This document shows positions 25,701 to 36,156 of a stretch of DNA of 64,000 nucleotides, piece after piece. Under the pieces are notes generated by a model, which was not told where the DNA came from, did not search any database, and saw nothing but the letters and a program-made list of their open reading frames with translations. Numbering within the stretch: position 1 is the stretch's first letter; each line of letters begins with the position of its first letter. The stretch comes from Somniosus microcephalus (taxonomy: Eukaryota). The position numbers and the translations under genes are program-made. The stretch lies in NCBI GenBank assembly GCA_052327205.1, contig CM126207.1, positions 183,272,001-183,336,000 on the forward strand, read 5' to 3'.

Positions 25701-28700
25701 CAGAGACCGCCCGGTATAGGGACCACCCGGTTTATAGACTGCCCAGTGTGGAGACCGTCTGGTATACAGGCCACCCGGTTTAGAGACCGCCCGGTGTGGA
25801 GACCGTCCGGTATACAGACCACCCGGCTCAGAGACTTCCCGGTATAGAGATTGCCCGGAGTGGACAAGGCCCGGTATAGTGACTCTCCGGTGTGGTCACC
25901 ACCGAGTATTGAGACTGCCCGGCATAGAGACTGCCCGGTATAGAGATCACCCACTATAGAGACCGCACGGCATAGATTCCATCCGGTGTGGAGACTGTCC
26001 TGTAAAGAGACCGCCCGGTATAGGGACCGCCCGCTTTAGGGACTGCCCAGTGTGGAGACCGTCCGGTATACAGACCACCCAGTTCAGAGACTGCCCGGTA
26101 TAGAGGTTGCCCGGAGTGGACACCGCCCGGTATAGTGACTGTCCAGTGTGGTCACCACCCAGTATTGAGACTGCCTGGCATAGAGACCACCCGGTATAGA
26201 GATTGCCCACTATAGAGACTGCACGGTATAGAGTCCATCCGGTGTGGAGATTGTCCTGTATAGAGACCGCCCGGTATAGAGAGTGCCAGGAATATAGATG
26301 CCCGGTATAGAGACCGCTCGGTGTAGAGTCCGCCTGGTATAGAGACCACCCGGCATAGAAAACACCCGGTATAGAGACAACCCAGCATAGAGACTGCCCA
26401 GTGTGGAGACCGCCCAGTATAGAGACTGCCTGATATAGCAACCATCTGGTATAGAGAGCGTCCGCTGTAGAGAAAGCCCAGTATAGGGAGCGCCCGGTAT
26501 AGAGACTGCCCGATATAGAGCGTGCCCAGAATAGAGATGCCCAGTATAGAGACCATCTGGTGTAGAGTCTGCCTGGTATAGAGAGCACCCGGTATAGAAA
26601 ACACCCGGTATAGAGACAACCCGGCATAGAGAATGCCCAGTGTGGAGACCGCCCAGTATAGAGACTGCCTGATACAGCGACCGTCTGATATAGCGAGCTT
26701 CTGCTATAGAGACAGCCCGGTATAGGGAGCGCCTGGTATGGAGACCGCCCGATATAGAGACTGTCCGGTGTGGTCATTGCCTGGTATAGAGACTGCCCGG
26801 TACAGAGACCGCCCGGTGTGGGGCTGCCCGGTATAGAGACCGCCCGGTGTGGGGACTGCCCAGTATAGAGTCTGCCCAGTATAGAGACTGCCCGGTATAG
26901 ACACTGCCCGGTATAGAGACCACCCAATATAGAGCCCGCCCAGTATAGAAACCATCCGGTGTGGGGACTGTCTTGTATAGAGACCGCCTGATATCGAGAC
27001 AGTCCACTATAGAGACCGTCCGGTATAGAGACCATCCAGTATAGAGACCACACAGTGTGGAGACCATCCAGTATACAGACCATCCATTATAGAGACAGCA
27101 TGGTATAGGGACCGCCCAGTATAGGGACCGCCCAGTAAAGTGACCAGCCGGTAAACAGACCACCTGGTATCGGGACTGCCAGTTATAGAGAGCACCTTGT
27201 ATAGAGACCGCCCAGTATGGAGACCGCCCGGTATAGAGAATACCTGGTGCGGTGACCGCCTTGTATAGAGAACGCCCGGTATAGAGACCGCCTTGTTTAG
27301 AGATAGTCCAGTATAGTGTCTGCATGGTGCAGAGGCTGCCTGGTATAAAGACCGCATGGTATAGAGACCACTCAGTGTGGAGACCGCTCGGTATAGAGAC
27401 CACCCGTTGTGGAGACTGTCCAGTATAGAGACCACCCAGTATAGAGACTGCCTGGTATAGAGGCCATCCGGTGTAGAGAAAGCCCAGTATAGGGACCGGG
27501 TCCCCGTATAGACACCAATCATTATAGAGACTGCCCAGTATAGAGATTGCCCAGTATAGAGACAGCCTGTTGTGGAGACAGCCCGGTATAGAGACAGCTC
27601 GGTATGGAGACTGTCTGGTGTGGTTAACATCTGGAATAGAGACTGCCCGGTATAGAGACCGCCCGGTATAGAGATCGCCCACTATTGAGACCACCCAGTA
27701 TAGAAACCGTCCGGTGTAGAGACCACCCGGCATAGAGACAGTCCGGTATAGAGACCGCCCAGGGTGGAGACCGTCCGGTATAGAGACCACCCAATATAGA
27801 GACCGCCCAGTGTGGTCACTGCCCGGTATAGAGACTGCCCGGTATAGAGAATGCCCAGTTTAGAGATCACCCACTATAGAGACCGCACGGTATAATGACC
27901 ATCTGGTGTGGGGACTGTCCGGTATAGGTACCGCCCGCTATAGAGAAAGTCTGCTATAGAGACCATCTGGTATAGAGACCACATGGTATGGAGACCATCC
28001 GGTATAGAGACTGCCCGGTGTGGAGACATTCCGCTATAGAGACCGCCCAGTTTAGAGACCACCCGGTATAGAGACCACCCAGTTTAGAGACTTAGAGACT
28101 GCCCGGTGTGGAGACCGCATGGTATAGACATCGCCTGATATAGAGACCGCCCGGAATAGAGACTGCCCGATATGTACACCATCCGGTATAGAGACCGTCT
28201 AGTATAGAGACAGTCTGGTATAGAGACCACACAGTATAGGGGCCACCCGACATAGAGACTGCCCAGCATGGAGACTGCCTGGTATAGAGACCACACAGTA
28301 CAGAGACCGCCCGGTATAGGGGCTGTCTGGTATAGAGACTGCCCTGTTTAGAGACTGCCCAGTATAGAGCCCACACAGTATAGAGACCACATGGTATAGG
28401 GGCCTCCCGGTATAGAGACTGCCCAGTATAGAGACTGCCCAGTATAGAGACCACACATTATAGAGACCGCCCGGTACAGGGGCCACCTGGTATTGAGACT
28501 GCCCTGTTTAGAGCCAATCCAGTGTGGAGAGCACCCGCTATAGAGACCACCCAGTACAGAGAGCATCCGGTATAGAGACCACCTGGGATACAGACCACCC
28601 GGTATAGTGACCATCCGGTATAGAGACCACACGGTATAGAGTCCGTCCATTATAGAGACTGCCCAGTATAGAGACCGCATGGCATAGAGGCTGCCCAGTA

Positions 28701-30407
28701 TAGCGACCACCCAGTATAGTGACCATCTGGTATAGAGACCGCCTGGTATAGAGACCATCTGGTATCGAGACCACCCGGTGTGGAGACTTTCCACTATAGA
28801 GACCGCCCGGTATAGACACTGCATGGTAAAGAGTCCGCCTGGTTTAGAGACCACCCGGTGTGGAGACTGTCCGGTATTCAGACAGCCCAGTATAGAAACC
28901 ACCCAGTATAGAGACCGCCTGGTTTGGTGAACGCCCGGTATAGAGACAGCTTGGTGTAGAGACAGCTCAGTATCGAGACTGTCCACTATAGAACCAGTCA
29001 AGAATAGAGACTGCCTAGTTTAGAGACCGCACGGTATAGACATCACCCGATATAGAGAACGCCCGGTATAGAAACCACGTGGTATAGAGACAGCCCGGTA
29101 TAGAGAGCTCCCGGTATAGAGTCCGCCCAGTATAGAGACCGTCCAGTATAGAGACTGTCCAGTATAGAAACAGTCCAGAATAGAGAGCACCCGGTATAGA
29201 GAGCGACTGGTATAGAGACCACTCATGAGGAGTCCACCCGGTATAGAGACCGTCCGGTATAGAGACCGTCCGGTATGGAAACCGCCTGGTGTGGAGATGG
29301 TCCGGTATAGAGACCACCCATTATAGAGACTGCCCAGTAAAGAGACCGTCTGGTATAGAGACAGCCCGGTATAGGGACCCCCCGATATTGTGACAATCTG
29401 GTATATAGATTGCCTGGTATAAAGATCGCTCGGTATAGAGACAGCTCGGTGTGGAGGCCGCCCGGTACAAAGACCACTCGGTACAGAGAGCATCCGGTGA
29501 GGAGACCACCCACCCGATATAGAGACCATCCTGTATAGAGAACACCTGGTATAGAGACCGTCCGGTATAGAGACAGCCCGGTATAGTGACCATCCGGTAT
29601 AGTGAATGCCGCTGCAGGGACTGCCCAGTATACAGTATGCCCAGTATAAAGACCACCTGGTATAGAGACCAATCAGTGTGGAGACCGGCCGGTATAGAGA
29701 CCGCCCAGTATAGAGACTGCCCGGTATGGAGACCGTCAGGTAGAGTGACTCCCCAGTGCAGAGACTGCCCGGTATACAGAATGCCCAGTATAAAGACTGC
29801 CCGGTATAGAGACTGCTCGGTGTGGAGACTGCCCAGTATAGAGTCCGCCCGGTATAAAGACCGCCCGGTATAGAGACCATCCTGTATAGAAACCGCCCGG
29901 TGTGGAGACCGCCCGGTATAGAGACCACCCAGTATAGAGACTGCCTGATAAAGAGAACATTCAATATAGAGCCAGCCCGGTATAGGGACCGCCCGGTATA
30001 GACACTGCTCGTTATAGAGACTGCCCGGTATAGAGATTGCCCAGTATAGAGACAGCACATAGTGGAGACCGTCCGGTATATAGACCACCCAATATAGACT
30101 CCCGATATAGAGACCGTCCAGTTAAGAGTTCGCCTGGTATACAGACCACCCGGTATAGAGACCGCATGGTATAGAGACCATCCGGTATAGAGACCGCCCA
30201 GTGTGGAGACTTTCCACTATATGGACTGCCCGGTATAGAGACCGCCTGGTAAAGAGACTGCCCGGTTTAGAAACCGCCTGGTGTGGTGACCACCTGGCAT
30301 AATGACCGATCTGTTTAGAGACAGCCCGGTATCAAGACTGTCCAGTATAGCAACAATCCAGCATAGAGACCGCCCAGTATAGAAACCACACGGTATAGAC
30401 ATTGCCC
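4742..30407. repeat. 16-bp-monomer satellite array, segment 1 (consensus GGTATAGAGACCGCCC)
   Basis: Uninterrupted 16-bp periodicity, e.g. GAGACTGCCCGGTATA in tandem at 8035-8100. Common variants are GGTGTGGAGAC, ACTGCCC, ACCACCC, CCAGT and CTGGT. Confidence 0.98.
7600..26200. repeat. Two near-identical tandem copies of a ~9.2-9.3 kb higher-order block
   Basis: Landmark ACCACAAAGAAAC at 9501/18719 (offset 9218), 14933/24262 (9329) and 15964/25295 (9331). ORF-track pairs show the same offsets (7603/16821, 10342/19560, 16031/25362). Ends are approximate. Confidence 0.9.
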
Positions 30408-30750
30408 TGGGACTAGGGACAGGGTCACTGGTCAAGGCTTGGAAGTCTAAGCAGAGCCCAGGCCTAGTTAGTACCTAGAGGGGTGACCATCAGGGAAGAC
30501 CAGGTGCAGAAGGTCACGGAAGGAGCCCCGAGGAGGGGCGGTTGGTGAGAAGGTCATGGAAGGAGGAACGGCTGGTGAGCAGGCCCGGGCGTTGGGCTGA
30601 AGATTGTCGGACAGGAGGAATGGTGGAAATGGAATGGCGGCGCGCACCGATGCAGCGACTTTGCTTTTCCCAGTCATGGGAGCTTGCAAGATCACATTTC
30701 GTTGTTCATGTACTTGTGTAATGACAATAAAGTTGAATTATTATTATTAT
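30408..30750 (+). mobile_element. 5'-truncated non-LTR retroelement (LINE/SINE) 3' end inserted in the satellite
   Basis: A non-satellite block ending ...CATGTACTTGTGTAATGACAATAAAGTTGAA(TTA)n, with AATAAA at 30726-30731 and a microsatellite tail. The TGACAATAAA end recalls Rex1/Babar-type LINEs (unverified). Confidence 0.65.
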
Positions 30751-31748
30751 AGAGACAGCACGTAGTGGAGACCACCTGGTATAGAAACTGCCTGTTATAA
30801 ACCCCCAATATAGAGATCGTCCAGTAAAGAGTTCGTCTGGTATATAGACCAATCGGTATAGAGATCACCTAGTATAGAGACCAGCCAGTATAGAGACCAC
30901 CCAGTGTGGTGACCACCCGGTATAGTCCACGCTTTGAGTAGAGACAGCCCGGTATCGAGACTGTCCAGTGTAGAAACTGTCCAGAATAGAGACCGCCCAG
31001 TATAGAGACCATACGTTATAGAGTCCTCCTGGTATAGTGTCCTCCCAGTATACAGTCGTCCCAGTATAGAATCCTCCCAGAATGGAGTCCTCCCGGTATG
31101 GAGTCCTCCCGGTATGGAGTCCTCCCGTTATGGAGTCCTCCCGGTATAGGGACCGCCCGGTATAGGGACCGCCCGGTGTAGAGACTGTCTGGTATAGAGA
31201 CCACCAATAAACAGCCCGGAGTGGAGACCGTCTGGCGTGGAGACCGCCCGGCGTGGAGACCGCCCAGCGTGGTGACCGCATGATATGGAGACCGTCCGGT
31301 ATAGAGACCGCCTGGTATGGAGACCGCTTTGTATAGAGACCGCCCGGTTTGGAGACCGCCCAGCGTGGAGACCGCCCGGCATAGAGAGCGTCCGGTATAG
31401 AGACCGCCCGGTAAAGGGACCGCCCAGTTTAGAGACCGCACGGTATAAGCATTGCCCGATATAGAGAATGCCCAATATAGAAACCACGTGGTATAGAGAC
31501 AGTCTGGTATAGAGAGCTCCTGGTATAGTGACCGTCCGGTATAGTGTCTGCCCAGTGCAGAGACTGCCTGGTATACAGTATGCCTGGTATAAAGGCCACC
31601 CGGTATAGAGACCAATCAGCGTGGAGACCGCCCGATTTAAAGGCAGCCCAGTATAGAGACCGCCCGTTATAGAGACTGCCCGGTATAGAGGCCGTCAGGT
31701 ATAGTGACTGCCCAGTGCAGAGACTGCCCGGTATACGGAATGCCCAGT
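30748..31748. repeat. 16-bp satellite array, segment 2
   Basis: Same monomer, including a GGAGTCCTCCCGGTAT variant run at ~31020-31140. Confidence 0.97.
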
Positions 31749-31978
31749 TGAAATAAAGAATAGATTTGCCTTTCTAATCTTGGCTTTATTAACTTTAAAA
31801 TCCTGTAGCACATCTTTCCACACCCAGTCCCAACCAAAGCTGGAAAGAACTGAATTTAAGATGGCCACCACAAATCACATGACATCAACTACCAATGAGA
31901 TTACAGCATATATCCCAAGGCAGGAAGCAAACAACCAATCACAATACTTCTTACTAAACATAAAGAATAATCACCACA
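31749..31978 (-). repeat. 3' LTR of element 2
   Basis: Matches 35927-36156 except at 2 positions. Minus-strand AATAAA at 31785-31790. Confidence 0.96.
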
Positions 31979-31993
31979 TTCACCCCTCCTTTT
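31979..31993 (-). other. Polypurine tract of element 2
   Basis: Minus strand reads AAAAGGAGGGGTGAA directly before the TG of the 3' LTR. Confidence 0.88.
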
Positions 31994-32200
31994 AAAATAT
32001 ACTCCAACCTAAATAACCTTTACAATTTATAATTAATTATTTACAACTAAAACTATGCACAGACAAGAATAAAACTATTCAACATGACACAATACTAAGT
32101 GAACAACAACAAATAGTAACATTGCACATAAGTATTAAGTATCTCTCAACTAAAACAATATAATATAATATTTCAACAATTTTAAAACATTACTATCAAC

Positions 32201-35200
32201 TTAAAAGTCCATTTTCAATCGGTCGACCGGATATCTTGTTCGTGTCGACCTTCTTAACCTTGGTGAAATTCCTTGCCCTCCCACACCAGGAGACACAGAA
32301 GTATCTTCTGCAGGAAGGCTATCCATATCCCGATTTTCAACGGTTTCCGGATTAGAAATCCCATCAGAAGGTAAACTGGGACGGTCATAAACACCCATCA
32401 AGGGCTGACTAATAGAAGTATAATTATCTGCAATCGGATTGGAAATATTCGTAGTATCTGTAACAGCATCCACATTATCTGAATCATGACTATTGTTAAT
32501 ATCCTCAGAAGAGGGCTGGCCACCACAAGGAGCCAAGTCTTTAATTGAAACGGTACTTTCTTTCCCATCTTGGAATCGAATATGAGCATATTGGGAATTT
32601 GCCTCCAACAGCTCCACCTCCTCCACTAAAGGATCATATTTTGACAATCTAACATGGCGTCAAAGCAGCACAGGTCCCTGCATAGTAAGCCATGAAGGTA
32701 CCGAATATCCCGTAGTAGATCTCCGCGGATAGTTAAAGAGCCTTTCATGGGGGGTCACATTAGTAGCCGTTGAAAGCAATGATCTAATGGAATGCAGGGC
32801 ATCAGGCAGTACCATTTCCCACTGTGTATTCTTAAGGTTCCGGGATGTCAAAGCCAACATAACTGCCTTCCAGATCACCCCATTGTATCGTTCGCACTGT
32901 CCATTACCCTGGGGATTATACGGAGTAGTTCTACTAGTAGAAATTCCCCGACTCTGAAGGTATTCCTTCAACTGGGAAGACATAAACAAACATCCCTGAT
33001 CCGAATGGATATACGCAGGCATCCCAAAGATGACAAAAAGTTGAGTCAGACATTTGATAACTGTAGCAGCTGATACATCTGCGCAAGGAAAAGCAAAAGG
33101 GAACCTTGAAAACTCATCCACAACAGTAAATATATATCGGTTTTGAGTAGTTGAAGGAAGAGGCCCCTTAAAATCGACGCTCAAATGTTCAAAAGGAGAA
33201 GTAGCCTTTATAAGATGAGCTCGTTGAGGCTTAAAGAAATTCTGTTGTCACCGAGCACAGATAGAACATGATGAAGTCATCCGCTTGATGTCTTCAACTG
33301 AAAAGGGCAAATTCTTACTGCGTACGAAGTGTATCATCCTCATAACCCCAGGATGGCATAAGGCATTGTGAAGATTAATAAGCGTATCTCCGTGAATCAC
33401 AGAACAATAAGCCCTCGACAGTGCATCAGCAGCAACATTATCCTTCCCCGGACGATAAACTATATCAAAATGGTAACATGCCAACTCAATCCTCCACCTC
33501 ATTATTTTATCATTCTTAATCTTTCCAAAATGTTTGACTTCAAACATAAAGGACACAGATTTTTGATCAGTTACCAACGTAAAATGTCGCCCCGATAAAT
33601 AATGTCTCCATTTACGCAGTGCTTCTACTATTGCATACGCCTCTTTCTCTATTGAAGAATGCCTTTTTTCACTATTGTTCAAGGTACGTGAGAAAAAGGC
33701 CACAGGTCTTCCATTTTGGTTCAGAGTAGCCCCAATTTCAAAATCAGAAGCGTCCATCTCAATCACAAAGGGAACCTGCTCATCAATAGAATGCACAACT
33801 GCTCCAAGGATATCCTTTTTAAAATTATCAAAACATGTCCTGGCCTCCCATGATAGAGGAAATGTCGTAACCCGAATAAGAGGCCGGATCTTCTGTGAAA
33901 AATTTGCAATCCAATTAGAATAATAAGAAAACAGTCCAATAACTCGTTGCAAAGCCTTAGAATTAGTAGGACAAGGTAAATCAATCAATGGTTGCAGACG
34001 TTCTGGATCTGGTTTAATCTTGTTTCCCGAGATAATATACCCCAATAGATTTACCTCAGTGGTCGAAAAGATACACTTCTCTTTATTAAAAGTTAAGCCA
34101 ACTTTTTCCGCAGCTTGAAGGAATCTTTTTAAATTAGAATCATGCTCCACCCTTGATTTGCCACACACTGTGATGTCATCTAAGTATGAAAAGGTGTCAG
34201 AGAGAGAGTTATCACTTATAAAAGCATCCATTGCCCGTTGAAAACAAGCAACACCATTAGTAACACCAAATGGTATTCGGCAAAACTGATACAGCTTTCC
34301 GCCAGCCTCAAAGGCCGTATATGATTGATCCTTCTTAACAATAGGAATCTGATGATAAGCACTCTTTAAGTCAATAATGCTAAAAACCTTATACTGAGAT
34401 ACTTTGTTGATAAGCTCATCAATCTTAGGCAAGGGGTACGCATCTAATTGAGTATACCTATTAATAGTTTGGGAATAGTCTATCACCATTCGTTTCTTAT
34501 GTCTCTCATTAGTCGTGACAACTACCTGTGCTCGCCAAGGCGAACAATTAGGTTCAATGATTCCTTCCAATAAGAGACGTTGAACTTCAGAATTAATAAA
34601 TTCTCTATCCTGACTGCTATACCTTCTTGACTTGGTCGCAATTGGCTTACAATCCGGCATCAAATTGGAAAAAAGTGATAATGGAGAAATGGATAAAGAG
34701 GTTAATCCACAAATAGATAAAGGTGGCTTAGTCCCTCCAAATGAAAAACTGAGAGACTCGTGTAACTGAAGCACATCATGACCAATCAAAATATCCACAC
34801 AGAGATTAGGCAAAACAGATAGGTGTGTATCAGTATACGTATTACCTAGAAGAATCAATTTCACAAGGCAACAACCAGCTACTTGTGAAGTGAGGGTCGT
34901 CTGAGCCATACACACCTGATAGGAAACAGGCAAAATTTTCAAATGCTTCTCCTTTGCAAACTGAAGACTTATAAAACTCTCGGTACTGCCCGTATCTATA
35001 AGGGCCTTCACTTCCAACCCATTAACTTGGGCCGTAACTATAGCTTTGTTTAGGCCATGAGCAAATGCAGCAGAAATTGATGCAATAAACGCCCTATCTA
35101 AAGGCTGAATAGTCACAGAGGAGGTAATTGAACCTAATGATTTACACACACGTGCGTAATGACCTCTCTTTCCGCATTTACTACACACAGCCTCCCGAGC

Positions 35201-35905
35201 AGGACACTTCAGACGAGGGTGCCGGACGTTCCCACAAAAATTACACTTCTGAATCCTAGAGGCAACAGCCGCCAAAGTAGAAACTGTTTCAGAATCTAGT
35301 AAACCACTCCTATTAAGTCCACATAATTCCTTTTCATCCGGAACTGCCGAAACCACAGTCGCAGGCCGATTAAAAAGAGCATAAGAATCCGAACTTCTCT
35401 GAGCCACATCCAATGTAGAAGCTTGCTCAAAAGCACTCTTAAGATCCAAAGTCTTATTTTCTAACAACCGCTGACGAATTGATCTAGACAGTAATCCACT
35501 AATAAAAGCATCCCATACCGATTCTTCCTTATATTCTTCAGCCGTCACGGCCTTATAATTACAGTTAACATTAAGGCACTGAAGTGCTTGTAAATAAGTA
35601 TCCAAAGATTCTCCCACCTGCTGCCTACAGGCAGATAGAAGGTGACGTGCAAATACCTCATTCTTTGGTTTAACAAAAATCTTTTCCAATGTAGAAATAG
35701 CCACTTCGTAAGTTTTACAGTCCAAAATATACTTATACACATCTGGAGCAATGTAGTTGATCAGCATATTCAGCTTATTTAGAGACTCTTGATCCAACAC
35801 GCCCAAAAAGTTTTTAAATATACAATACCAGTGTTTCCATTTATCATCCACTCCAGCAGAATTAGGGTCAGCATTGAATCGTTCTGGTTGAAGATATCGC
35901 TCCAT
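32201..35905 (-). pseudogene. gag-pol polyprotein (~1234 codons) with two in-frame TGA stops (33248-33250, 32660-32662)
   Basis: ORFs 33248..35905, 32660..33184 and 32201..32647 share one frame. Motifs: CCHC x2 (CNFCGNVRHPRLKC, CSKCGKRGHYARVC), protease LIDTGS, RT DLKSAYHQI and YLDD, RNase H DASDFEIGA, integrase HNALCHPG...CSIC and DDE (VDFKGP, HSDQG, GQCER). No env gene or chromodomain is visible. Confidence 0.93.
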
Positions 35906-35912
35906 TCTGACA

Positions 35913-35925
35913 TAAAGTTAATAAA
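35913..35925 (-). other. Non-tRNA primer-binding site complementary to the element's own LTR (putative self-priming site)
   Basis: The minus strand after the 5' LTR reads A-TTTATTAACTTTA with no TGG. This is the exact complement of minus-strand TAAAGTTAATAAA at 35963-35975 inside the LTR. Confidence 0.7.
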
Positions 35926-35926
35926 T

Positions 35927-36156
35927 TGAAATAAAGAATAGATTTGCCTTTCTAATCTCGGCTTTATTAACTTTAAAATCCTGTAGCACATCTTTCCACA
36001 CCCAGTCCCAACCAAAGCTGGAAAGAACTGAATTTAAGATGGCCACCACAAATCACATGACATCAACTACCAATGAGATTACAGCATATATCCCAAGGCA
36101 GGAAACAAACAACCAATCACAATACTTCTTACTAAACATAAAGAATAATCACCACA
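35927..36156 (-). repeat. 5' LTR of element 2
   Basis: 230 bp, reading TGTGGTGATT...CTTTATTTCA on the minus strand; 228/230 identical to the 3' LTR. Confidence 0.96.

Larger units (their letters stand above)
31749..36156 (-). mobile_element. Full-length Ty3/Gypsy LTR retrotransposon (4408 bp) inserted in the satellite
   Basis: Two 230-bp direct repeats with TG...CA ends, a single gag-pol frame, a PPT, and flanks CCAGT (31744-31748) / CCGGT (36157-36161) forming a 5-bp target-site duplication with one transition. Confidence 0.96.

Noticed and set aside
32660-33250. Integrase of element 2 as separate functional genes
   Set aside because: The three ORFs are one frame broken by two TGA codons, and the downstream pieces start at TTG rather than at real initiation sites.
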